DNA of 27,257 nucleotides from a virus (Duplodnaviria; Heunggongvirae; Uroviricota; Caudoviricetes): IMG/VR virus record IMGVR_UViG_2513237251_000001; one strand, 5' to 3'. Shown piece by piece: positions 18,657 to 27,257 of this stretch (position 1 is its first letter; each line of letters starts with the position of its first letter). The notes under the pieces were generated by a model. It saw only the letters and a program-made list of their open reading frames with translations, ran no database searches and was not told where the DNA came from. The position numbers and the translations under genes were made by a program.

Positions 18657-19208
18657 TTACTCCTGCATGCCGTTAATGTAATCCAGACGTTGCTGAAAGC
18701 GCAGTTGTTGTGCAGGGGTGTAAGAGCTCTGGCAATCACGAACCATCATGGGGTCAGGCATCACACCGGATTCATCCAGAATCATACGATAATCCCCGGC
18801 AATTTCAGGCGGTGTTATTGCCAGCTGGCGAACCAGAGCATTGCGTAATATACGGGACGCAACGTCAACCCCTCCGCGCCCCTTCAGGAACGGAGCCAGT
18901 GCAGATGTCAGGGCTGCTCCATTCGCCTGCATAAAATTGCTGAGAGCGTCTTCTGTGCAGGCCTCCATCAGTTGATGCTGCGAGTAAATGCATTCGCGCG
19001 CAGCACAGTTAATTTGCCATTTCAGCACATCCAGATGTTCCCGCTGTAATTCGAGCTGTCGAGCATAATCTGCTGGTTTTTCCATGGCAGTGAGGAGTGA
19101 TTCTATCTGTTGTTCAACGGCTTTTCGGCTCTCACTATGTCCAGCCCACAGAATACGGGCATTTCTAAAACTGATAAGCGCTTGGTCTGGAGTGACTCGG
19201 GCCATCAT
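18657..19208 (-). CDS. Psu-like protein (polarity suppression / capsid decoration, P4 family)
   Basis: 183-aa helical ORF; KWQINCAARE...FMQANGAALTSALAP...YTPAQQ resembles P4 Psu as I remember it; start overlaps the upstream gene stop. Confidence 0.6.
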   Translation of the reverse strand: MMARVTPDQALISFRNARILWAGHSESRKAVEQQIESLLTAMEKPADYARQLELQREHLDVLKWQINCAARECIYSQHQLMEACTEDALSNFMQANGAALTSALAPFLKGRGGVDVASRILRNALVRQLAITPPEIAGDYRMILDESGVMPDPMMVRDCQSSYTPAQQLRFQQRLDYINGMQE

Positions 19209-19957
19209 ACTGCTTTCTCCTTCTCAGCACGTTCCTGACGAACCTTCATTTTATGCATAGCTGCTGGAGAGAGTTTATTACTGAAATCCAGACGGGCCGC
19301 ATAATCCGGGGCAACTCCCGCCAGTTTAAACACGGGGTCCTGTTCGGGCATCGCATCGTTAGTCAGAGCCGGTCTGGTGATATGTTTATGAATAAAATCT
19401 TTCAGCAGTGTGTCCGGGTCATTAACTGAATGCACCACACCGACAACTGCGCTGGCTTCCCTGCCCATTGTTGATTTGAGCAGGCTTAGTGTCTGGATTA
19501 GTGCTTTTCCATGCGACTGCATAAAATCTTCCCAGATTTGTTTTGCGCGAATACCCACAAGGGTGTCGTGCGCGTGGATATACTTTCCGGCTAATTCCGC
19601 AGCCTCCTGCGGCAAAAGTGCATTTTCGCTTTCCTGAGCCGCCAGCAGCTCATCAAAATCCTCAAGCGTTTCTCGTCCCAGCGCAATTTCCGTGCGCAGT
19701 TTTTTCATTTCCTTTGAGACTACGCCCTGACTTTCACGAAATAGCGTGCGCCACTCCTCATTCAGGGCGTTCGTCGTGGCTTCCATTTCAGCGCGGCGCT
19801 GGCGGATTGTCGCAATATTATCCGCTGCCGCTTTTTGCTGACGACGTGCTTCAAGCCATGCAGATTTGGTGGCATTCACTTTCTCAAGCGCCTGTTGCGT
19901 CGAAACAGGGATAGAAATTTCAACGATCGGGTTATTGTTCTGTTCTGGGATTGTCAT
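19205..19957 (-). CDS. hypothetical helical protein in the sid position of the P4-like late operon (possible Sid-like external scaffold)
   Basis: 250-aa ORF rich in A/E/K/L/R, first gene of the operon on the minus strand, translationally coupled to the Psu-like gene; assignment is by position and size only. Confidence 0.45.
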   Translation of the reverse strand: MTIPEQNNNPIVEISIPVSTQQALEKVNATKSAWLEARRQQKAAADNIATIRQRRAEMEATTNALNEEWRTLFRESQGVVSKEMKKLRTEIALGRETLEDFDELLAAQESENALLPQEAAELAGKYIHAHDTLVGIRAKQIWEDFMQSHGKALIQTLSLLKSTMGREASAVVGVVHSVNDPDTLLKDFIHKHITRPALTNDAMPEQDPVFKLAGVAPDYAARLDFSNKLSPAAMHKMKVRQERAEKEKAV

Positions 19958-20890
19958 GTCAGCACCTAGTGGTTTGTCGTGGTGTCAATTGTGCTGTGAT
20001 GCATACAAAGCTGCCATTGAACGCCATTGTGCGAGCGACAAGACAAAGACTGAACCGCCCCGGACCTCTTTTGGCTAGCCAGAAAAGGCCTCGTTTAACT
20101 AAGGCTGTTTCAGACTTACCTTAACTATTCACTACTATTCACTTAGGTAAAAAAAATAGGTAATACAGAAGGTTATAAGGTGAAGGGTTGGCATGGCAGT
20201 ATTCATCGACTGTTCATAACTGTTCACATGGGAATAAAATTATTTATGGTATTTTTTCATAATGGGTGGTTTTTTTATTCCTCGTAGCTATTTGTTTTTT
20301 GCTCCTCACCACTATTCACCCTTATTCAGGAGTATTCAACAGGCACATAAATAGACTGCATGTTTTTGCCGGGGAATAACATTTTCGCCTCTGGCCATGG
20401 TGTTGCATTTCATACTGATTTTTATAAAACTAGATCTGTCCGGTTCTTTATGGATTCATTCGGATATATTTTACGATTTAAGGTGATGTTATTTAATATC
20501 AAGGTTTTTATGCAGGCCCAATGTTTATAAGTTGGATGCGATTCAAAAATATGCCCGGAAATTGGGGCCTGCAATGCAAGGCCTCGTGTAGAAGTTGTAC
20601 TGCCTTGCTGTATTGGCGGTGGGGTTAGCACTATCAGGTGCAATGACCCATAGGATAGTAAACCCTGGGTGAATGGTAGTTCCTATTAATGCTCCTGTAT
20701 TTATAGTCCGCAGGCATGGTATTTATTATGTCATTTTATATGGTTTAATCGGGCTTTAAATTCCATAAAATCAATATGTGACGCTAAATAAAAAATGCGT
20801 GCGCAGGTGGTTTATATACACATAATAAGGAACTACCTGAACCCGGATAAATTCATCCGGACTGTTGTGGAAATTAAAGAGGGTAGATAA

Positions 20891-21151
20891 ATGCGTAATA
20901 TTTCTGTGTCTGCGCCAGCTCCTGCTGCGCCATTATTTCCTGTATCGAACCATCATGAGCGATTTTTACGCCTGCCTGAGGTGATGCACTTATGCGGGTT
21001 GTCCCGTTCGACCGTTTACGACCTGATCAGCCGCGATGCGTTTCCGAAGCAGATCCCGCTTGGCGGTAAAAATGTCGCCTGGGCACAGTCTGAGGTCAGC
21101 GCATGGATGGCGGACCGCATCAGCGCCCGTGGGCGGGGATGTGATGCATGA
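20891..21151 (+). CDS. alpA: AlpA/Vis-family phage transcriptional regulator (MerR-like HTH)
   Basis: 86-aa ORF with [53 protein letters not shown], matching the AlpA family pattern. Confidence 0.75.
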   Translation: MRNISVSAPAPAAPLFPVSNHHERFLRLPEVMHLCGLSRSTVYDLISRDAFPKQIPLGGKNVAWAQSEVSAWMADRISARGRGCDA

Positions 21152-21510
21152 TGATACCTGCATACATTAAATACCTTTATTCTGGCTTGCTTACTGTCGT
21201 CATTTCCAGGTATAGTTTTTCCGCTGTCGCAAAATCGGCAGCCGGAATTGGCGTTCCGTATAACTTATTGGCGACAATTGACGCCCCTTGCGTCTTTTTT
21301 TACGTCGTAGCTCAGGCACAACCATTTTCAGGGCTGTGGTGTTTATGCTTACACCATGGTTCTATCGAGATAATGGTAGTCCGGGCGGGGCAGCCTTCGG
21401 GCTGGCCGGTTTCCAATAAGGCCGGTTACGCCAACCCCGTTCGGGCTGCCACCAGTGAAATTGGCGTTTCCGGTGGTAGCAATAACCGCTACTTATTGGA
21501 GGCTGCCATC

Positions 21511-21705
21511 ATGGCTACAATCCTCACCCCGTCACACCCGCAATATGTCTTTGTGTTTGCCGCAATCCGCCGTGCTGACACTCACCCCCGCATCTGTATG
21601 CTTCGCACTGTCTCCTGCGATGAGCGTTCCGCGCGCCGTTTGCTAGTCCGAGATTATGTACTCTCCCTTTCTGCACGGCTGCCTGCCGGGGAGGTGACGC
21701 TATGA
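21511..21705 (+). CDS. Icd-like small protein (P4-family)
   Basis: 64-aa [67 protein letters not shown] from an internal ATG with GGAGG 8 nt upstream; the longer 185-aa reading from 21148 lacks coding-like features upstream. Confidence 0.5.
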   Translation: MATILTPSHPQYVFVFAAIRRADTHPRICMLRTVSCDERSARRLLVRDYVLSLSARLPAGEVTL

Positions 21706-21923
21706 ACCAGTTTGAGATTTCCTACGACGATGTTGTAAGGCTGAAACATTTACGCAATGTGGGTGAGTATGTAACTGGCATGGCAGCCCTGCAGGACTGT
21801 TATGAAAAGCCAGCAGGTGCCCAATGCGAACAACTGGTTTCCCTCATTTATCTGATGACAGAGCAACTGGATGGAGTGGTGCAACGCTGCCATGACGACC
21901 TGATGAATGCGGAGGTGGCCTGA
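21702..21923 (+). CDS. hypothetical small protein of the P4-like early operon
   Basis: 73-aa ORF whose start overlaps the upstream stop and whose stop overlaps the next start (operon-like packing). Confidence 0.5.
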   Translation: MNQFEISYDDVVRLKHLRNVGEYVTGMAALQDCYEKPAGAQCEQLVSLIYLMTEQLDGVVQRCHDDLMNAEVA

Positions 21924-22246
21924 TGATATGCTGTGAATCTCTTCTGGCACTTCGTGCCGCTCTGTATCGCCGTGCCGTTGCCTGTGCCTGGCTGGCTCTA
22001 AGCAATCATCAGGAACGTTATTCCGGCCTGACGCTCGCTGAACTTGAAGATGCCATAGCCCGCGAGCTGGAAGGGTTCTATCTGCGCCAGCATGGGCAGC
22101 AAAGAGGGCTGGAAATTGCCTGCGCGTTGCTTTCGGATCTGATGGAGTCGGGGCCGCTTAAAGCCTGTCCGGTTCTCTCACTGCTCGGAATGACGGTCAT
22201 GGATGAACTTTGTTCCCGTCACCTCAACAAACCAGCGCTGCACTAA
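21923..22246 (+). CDS. hypothetical small protein immediately upstream of alpha (epsilon-like position)
   Basis: 107-aa ORF; position corresponds to the small genes preceding alpha in P4; no motif I can assign. Confidence 0.45.
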   Translation: MICCESLLALRAALYRRAVACAWLALSNHQERYSGLTLAELEDAIARELEGFYLRQHGQQRGLEIACALLSDLMESGPLKACPVLSLLGMTVMDELCSRHLNKPALH

Positions 22247-22259
22247 GGAGGGCCGCACA

Positions 22260-24593
22260 ATGTCAGGAATGAAAGTTAGCCAGGCTGAGAAAGCAGCTCG
22301 GGGTCACTGGTCAAGAATTTTACCTGCGCTGGGCGTAAATGTACTGAAAAATCGGCACCAGCCCTGCCCGGTCTGTGCCGGGAAAGACCGCTTTCGATTT
22401 GATGACCAGGAAGGGCGGGGAACGTGGTTCTGTAACCAGTGCGGGGCAGGTGATGGCCTGGCGCTTGTAAGTAAAGTACTGGATGTAGGCATTAGTGAAG
22501 CGGCAGACAGAATAAACGGCATTATCGGAAACCTGCTGCCAGTATCTCAGGGAATGCTTGAATCTGGTTCTCCTGAAAAAGAGGACGGGAGAAAAGCTGC
22601 AGCAGTGCTGGCTGCCCGTTTGTTTGATAAGTCCCGCCAGACCACTGGCAATGCCTATCTGACGAGTAAAGGGTTTCCTGCACTGCCTTGCCGGGAATTA
22701 ACCGCTATGCATAAAGTCGGTGGTGTGGCATTTCGCGCGGGAGATCTTGTCGTTCCATTGTATGCAGATGGAGAGCTGGTAAATCTGCAGTTAATCAACG
22801 CTAATGGGGGCAAATGCTTCCTTAAAGGCGGTCAGGTTAAGAATGCCTTTTACCTGGTTGAAGGTACTGCCAAAGCAGCCAAACGGCTCTGGATAGCGGA
22901 AGGATATGCCACCGCACTTACTATCAACTATCTGACTGGCGATGCTGTCATGGTGGCCTTTTCGTCCGTCAATTTCCTTTCCCTGGCGAGCATTGCCTGC
23001 AGTGAGTACCCAACGCACCAGATAATTATTGCTGCTGACCGCGATCTCAACGGTGCGGGGCAAACAAGGGGCGCAGCTGTTACCGGGGCCTGCAATTGCA
23101 CAATGGCGCTCCCGCCTGTGTTTGGTGACTGGAACGATGCATTCACGCAAAACGGCGAAGAAGCCACCCGGCATGCAATTCATGAAGTAATAAAACCAGC
23201 TGTTGCCAGCCCCTTCGACACAATGAGCGAAGCTGAATTTACCGCGCTGAGCGTCAGCGAAAAAGCGCAGAGGGTAGTGGATCACTATAAAAATTCACTG
23301 GCAGTAGACCCGAACGGGCAGCTCCTTTCACGCTATGAGGCGGGGGCCTGGAAAGTTATCTATTACGCCGATTTTGCCCGTGATGTCGCTGCGCTGTTTC
23401 AGCGCCTCGACGCACCTTTTTCATCCGCGAAAATTGCGTCTCTCGTGGAAACCCTCAAACTGATCGTTCCGCAACAGCAGAATCCGGCGCGGCAACTTAT
23501 CGGATTTCGCAACGGTGTGCTCGATACCCGGACAGGATTGTTCAGCCCGCACGATAAGAAGCACTGGTTACGTACGCTGTGCGAGGTGGATTACACGCAG
23601 CCCGTTGACGGTGAGTCACTGGAAACCCATGCCCCGGCATTCTGGCGCTGGCTGGATCGTGCCGCAGGTTTTAATCCTGAAAAACGGGACATTATTCTGG
23701 CTGCATTGTTTATGGTGCTGGCTAACCGTTATGACTGGCAGCTGTTTCTGGAGGTCACTGGCCCTGGCGGAAGTGGAAAGAGTATTCTTGCTGAAATAGC
23801 AACCATGCTGGCGGGTGAAGATAACGCGACCTCGGCAACCATTGAAATGCTTGAGTCGCCAAGAGAACGAGCTGCGTTAATAGGTTTTTCACTGATTCGA
23901 CTTCCCGACCAGGAAAAGTGGAGCGGTGACGGGGCCGGACTAAAAGCCATCACTGGCGGCGATGCGGTATCCGTTGATCCCAAATATCAGAACGCCTATT
24001 CAACCCACATCCCGGCGGTCATCCTGGCTGTGAACAATAATCCGATGCGCTTCACTGATCGTAGTGGTGGAGTTTCACGCCGAAGGGTGATCCTGCATTT
24101 CCCCGACCAGATAGCCCCGGAGGAACGCGATACCCAGCTCAAAGAGAAAATTGCCAGTGAGCTAGCGGTGATTGTTCGCCAGCTTATGCAGCGTTTCAGC
24201 GACCCAATGAGTGCCAGGACATTGCTTCAGTCACAGCAGAACTCCGATGAAGCGCTCACCATCAAACGTGATGCTGATTCAGCTTTTGATTTTTGCGGCT
24301 ACCTTGAGGTCCTACCTGACACCACGGGCATGTTTATGGGGAACGCTAATATTGTTCCACGTCAGCCTCGAACTTACCTCTACCATGCCTATCTGGTCTA
24401 CATGGAGGCTAACGGCTATAAAAATACGCTCAGTCTGACCATGTTTGGCAAGGGGCTACCGTTAATGCTCAAGGAATATGGGCTGCAGTATGAGAAACGA
24501 CGGACCAATCAAGGAATGCAGACTAATCTGGCCCTAAGAGAGGAAAGCAATGCTGACTGGTTGCCAAAATGCGATGAGTTTGCAGCGAAATAA
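22260..24593 (+). CDS. P4 alpha-type bifunctional primase/helicase (zinc-binding primase N-terminus, D5-like helicase C-terminus)
   Basis: 777-aa ORF from ATG 22260 (AAGGAGG 8 nt upstream): zinc motifs CPVCAGKDRFRFDD...WFCNQCGAGDG, Walker A GPGGSGKS and Walker B-like region; length equals P4 alpha. Confidence 0.9.
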   Translation: MSGMKVSQAEKAARGHWSRILPALGVNVLKNRHQPCPVCAGKDRFRFDDQEGRGTWFCNQCGAGDGLALVSKVLDVGISEAADRINGIIGNLLPVSQGMLESGSPEKEDGRKAAAVLAARLFDKSRQTTGNAYLTSKGFPALPCRELTAMHKVGGVAFRAGDLVVPLYADGELVNLQLINANGGKCFLKGGQVKNAFYLVEGTAKAAKRLWIAEGYATALTINYLTGDAVMVAFSSVNFLSLASIACSEYPTHQIIIAADRDLNGAGQTRGAAVTGACNCTMALPPVFGDWNDAFTQNGEEATRHAIHEVIKPAVASPFDTMSEAEFTALSVSEKAQRVVDHYKNSLAVDPNGQLLSRYEAGAWKVIYYADFARDVAALFQRLDAPFSSAKIASLVETLKLIVPQQQNPARQLIGFRNGVLDTRTGLFSPHDKKHWLRTLCEVDYTQPVDGESLETHAPAFWRWLDRAAGFNPEKRDIILAALFMVLANRYDWQLFLEVTGPGGSGKSILAEIATMLAGEDNATSATIEMLESPRERAALIGFSLIRLPDQEKWSGDGAGLKAITGGDAVSVDPKYQNAYSTHIPAVILAVNNNPMRFTDRSGGVSRRRVILHFPDQIAPEERDTQLKEKIASELAVIVRQLMQRFSDPMSARTLLQSQQNSDEALTIKRDADSAFDFCGYLEVLPDTTGMFMGNANIVPRQPRTYLYHAYLVYMEANGYKNTLSLTMFGKGLPLMLKEYGLQYEKRRTNQGMQTNLALREESNADWLPKCDEFAAK

Positions 24594-24601
24594 CTGACCT
24601 A

Positions 24602-24620
24602 AGACCGGCTGTGCCGGTCT
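24602..24620. terminator. perfect hairpin between convergent genes (possible bidirectional terminator)
   Basis: AGACCGGC-TGT-GCCGGTCT (8-bp GC-rich stem, 3-nt loop) 9 bp after the alpha stop; no clear T-run on either strand. Confidence 0.4.
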
Positions 24621-24725
24621 TAAATCCGCTACAGGAAATTATCTCAAAATATATATCGATAAAATTTAAAAGTTATATGCTAAGGCGTCAGCGGAAAATG
24701 CATCTAATTCATTGTTAGATGATGT

Positions 24726-25682
24726 TTATTTTTGAATTGATTTAAACATCCCATCGAGTTGTAATTTATTTATGTCGGTTTTCTTTATGGCTTTAATTAA
24801 GTTTTCAATAACTTCCAAAGAAAAAATTACATCTTTCTTTTCAATTCTAACCCCCCCGTGGTGGCTGCAAGCATTAAGGATGTCCTTTGTAATTTCAACA
24901 TCATTTTTCATTAATGGTTCATAGTCCAGAGCCTCAATAACAGAAACTAAACTACCTAGCATTTGCTCTTGGTATTGAACGTTGTTTAAATGCATTATAC
25001 GAATATTAACAAGCATGAGAATATATTCTAAATATCTCCTGGCAGTATTTCCTTTCTCTTGTAAAGAATCACGATCATATTCCTCAATACTCATGACTTC
25101 ATTATGTAAAGAGGCTATTTTGTGCTCTGCTAATGAAATATTTATCGCATCCATGAGGTTTCGTGAGAAGCCTGTAGATGTAACATGACCATTTGCGGGC
25201 CTTGTTAAAATACATGTAGTATAGCAATTTATATTTGGGGTCTGGATTGTCTCATTTACTCTTTTAACCGTTCTATAAACGTCTACCATATAAGAACCTG
25301 AGTTTTCAAATGAACATGAAGAGCATTTTGTATTATATATTCTATTTAGAGATAACTGATTGTGATAGTATCCCTTTAAGAAAGCATATATAGTGTCATT
25401 AAACTCGACAAACACAACGGACTCAATATATATATGGAATTTATCATTGGGGTGCCACTCTAATTCAAGTCTTCTTGTAGAGTCATCAAAGGAAAAGTTT
25501 GAAATAAAATCCCAGTTACCTAAATCTATAAAATCAACGATATTTCTACCTGCACCATGGATATTTTTATTTATTAAAGTTGTGATTGAGTTTTTTATAA
25601 TGTCCCAATCATGAATTTCATGATCGAATTTATTATTGATGGTTTCTTTTATTTGATTGGAAAAGTTTGAATAACTAGTCAC
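24726..25682 (-). CDS. hypothetical AT-rich protein (unknown function; cargo gene at the alpha-proximal end of the satellite)
   Basis: 318-aa uninterrupted ORF, N/I/K/Y-rich, convergent with alpha, followed by ~650 bp of AT-rich non-coding DNA before the att remnant; no motif I can assign. Confidence 0.55.
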   Translation of the reverse strand: MTSYSNFSNQIKETINNKFDHEIHDWDIIKNSITTLINKNIHGAGRNIVDFIDLGNWDFISNFSFDDSTRRLELEWHPNDKFHIYIESVVFVEFNDTIYAFLKGYYHNQLSLNRIYNTKCSSCSFENSGSYMVDVYRTVKRVNETIQTPNINCYTTCILTRPANGHVTSTGFSRNLMDAINISLAEHKIASLHNEVMSIEEYDRDSLQEKGNTARRYLEYILMLVNIRIMHLNNVQYQEQMLGSLVSVIEALDYEPLMKNDVEITKDILNACSHHGGVRIEKKDVIFSLEVIENLIKAIKKTDINKLQLDGMFKSIQK

Positions 25683-26210
25683 TTGTTAGCCTCAAAATTA
25701 ATAATGAGTATTAAAATTTAATTGATATTGTCTATAAAATGTAGCGATGCAATTTTATTGCAACGAAATGATTTTTACAACATACCATTATCGCTAAACA
25801 AAATCGCACCCATCAAATCAACTTACGTTACAATCACTACAAAGCGATTGCATTTAAATTCAAAACAGTTTTCTGTTGGGCGCATTTTTTGTTGTACTGG
25901 ACTAAAGAGAAAAAATGGGGTAAGGAACAAATACCTTCCGTGCTCAAAAATTAGGTTTTTATGCACTTATTAATCAGTCAAGGTGAACAGTAAAGTGTTC
26001 ACTTCTTATCAATCGTTAATTTCATATCTTTTTGAATATTAATGAAAAAAAACACAATGAGTAGTATGAACAGTTTTCCCCCAAAAAAAGTTTTTTCTGC
26101 CTTGAGAATGCGCGGAAAGCGAACGCCTTCACCAATGTGTATAGGGGTGTGTGTAGTTTAAATCTTCTATTTTAATTTATGTATTAAAATCATTGTGTTG
26201 GTGGCGATTA

Positions 26211-26236
26211 TTGGTTCCTATTATCGCACCATTTAA
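26211..26236 (+). repeat. degenerate thrW 3'-end/att remnant (right boundary of the P4-like element)
   Basis: TCCTATTATCGCACCATTTAAATCAA matches thrW 3' end plus flank at 1427-1454 (TCCTATTATCGGCACCATTTAAATCAA) with a 1-nt deletion. Confidence 0.5.
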
Positions 26237-26357
26237 ATCAAGTAGTTACCCCATATTTAAATACACCACGTTTCCTCCTGTGCCGCATTTGTGCCATTGT
26301 AACCCTGGCAATTAATCAAAATACTGTTCTGACATCAGGCAATGCAGGTGCAGACAT

Positions 26358-27257
26358 TTAAGCCAATTGCTGCCGCCATTCCTTAACGTGGTCAATCAGA
26401 GCGCGGAGCTTTGGTGCAATATTGCGACGCTGTGGGAAATACAGATAGAAGCCCGGAAATTGTGGAAGAAAGTCATCAAGCAGAGATACAAGCTTACCGC
26501 TTTCAATATACGGCCTGAAAGTTTCCTGAGTGGCAATTGTTATTCCTCCGCCGGCAAGAGCCAGCCTCAACATCAGACGCAGATCATTAGTCGTAATCTG
26601 CGGTTCAATCGCAAGGTCGAAAGCTCTCCCGTTTTCTTCAAATGGCCAGCGATAAGGCGCAACCTCCGGGGACTGACGCCAGCCGATACACTTATGATTC
26701 ACAAGTTCACGCGGATGAACAGGTGTGCTGTTGGCTGCGAGATAGGAGGGAGAGGCAACGACCATTTCACGCTGCCTGCCGGTAAGGGGCACAGCAATCA
26801 TGTCTTTTTCAATGACCTCTCCGAGCCTTACGCCAGCATCGTAACCTGCGGCCACGATATCGAATTCCTCATCCGTGACAACAATATCAAGCGTAACGGC
26901 TGGATTGGCTGCTGCAAACGAAGCGATTAGCGGACCTGAAAGAAATTCTTCAGCTATTGACGTCACCGCGATTCTGAGAAGTCCGCGTGGCACATGGTCA
27001 GAAACCATCTCTTCGAACGCTGCCTCAATACCGGATAAAGGTAATGACAGCGATTTATGCAGCCGTTCTCCCGCTTCTGTCAAATTAACTGAGCGCGTGG
27101 TCCGCATTACAAGCATTGTCCCGAATGCATCTTCAAGGCGTCTTATTCCCTGACTGACCGCTGAACGGGTAACGCCCAGCCGTGCGGCGGCTTTACTAAA
27201 ATTACTCTCTTCTGCTACCGCGATAAAAATGGGTAAAAGATTAAGATCGATTTTCAT
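26358..27257 (-). CDS. LysR-family transcriptional regulator
   Basis: 299-aa ORF MKIDLNLLPIFIAVAEESNFSKAAARLGVTRSAVSQGIRRLEDAFGTMLVMRTTRSVNLTEAGERL (LysR N-terminal HTH) plus a substrate-binding-type C-terminal domain; start codon at the window edge, so an upstream extension cannot be excluded. Confidence 0.85.
   Translation of the reverse strand: MKIDLNLLPIFIAVAEESNFSKAAARLGVTRSAVSQGIRRLEDAFGTMLVMRTTRSVNLTEAGERLHKSLSLPLSGIEAAFEEMVSDHVPRGLLRIAVTSIAEEFLSGPLIASFAAANPAVTLDIVVTDEEFDIVAAGYDAGVRLGEVIEKDMIAVPLTGRQREMVVASPSYLAANSTPVHPRELVNHKCIGWRQSPEVAPYRWPFEENGRAFDLAIEPQITTNDLRLMLRLALAGGGITIATQETFRPYIESGKLVSLLDDFLPQFPGFYLYFPQRRNIAPKLRALIDHVKEWRQQLA

Noticed and set aside
22304-23285. Minus-strand ORFs of 72, 164 and 79 aa inside alpha
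   Set aside because: Antisense to a 777-aa primase/helicase frame with clear motifs; proline/serine-rich translations typical of antisense frames in GC-rich coding DNA.
26367-27153. Plus-strand ORFs of 187 and 92 aa overlapping the LysR-family gene
   Set aside because: Antisense to a complete LysR-type regulator; no independent evidence.

Overview
Enterobacterial (Escherichia coli-type) chromosome at the proA-thrW integration hotspot, carrying two mobile elements inserted in tandem at thrW. (1) 1..1444: complete proA and an intact tRNA-Thr (thrW). (2) 1445..11984: a heavily deleted lambdoid prophage remnant. It holds a 5'-truncated P22/IntD-like integrase fused to the first ~20 codons of lambda N; a lambda-type immunity region (OL/PL, nutL, cI, OR/PR, cro, nutR, cII) in which rexAB is replaced by one unrelated 129-aa ORF; an O gene broken by an extra ori iteron; a P 5' stub joined to a 5'-truncated tail-fibre gene; an e14/Mu-G-like invertible tail-fibre segment with its Pin invertase; a GIY-YIG protein; a serU 3' fragment; an AraC-family regulator; and an IS2-group transposase fragment. 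(3) 11985..12030: a 46-bp direct repeat of the thrW 3' end. (4) 12031..~26236: a P4-like satellite with an IS629-like-disrupted integrase, delta/psu/sid-like genes, alpA, small ORFs and an alpha primase, ending at a degenerate thrW-like att remnant. (5) 26358..27257: a LysR-family regulator. The most interesting region is 14693..17969, an AT-rich cassette in the integrase-proximal cargo slot of the satellite: a Mrr-like nuclease-domain ORF, two small ORFs, and an SMC/ABC-type ATPase split into three ORFs. It reads like a Lamassu/ABC-3C-like anti-phage system that is broken at A/T homopolymers or mis-sequenced there. All identifications come from reading the sequence and from remembered protein families; no searches or computations were run.
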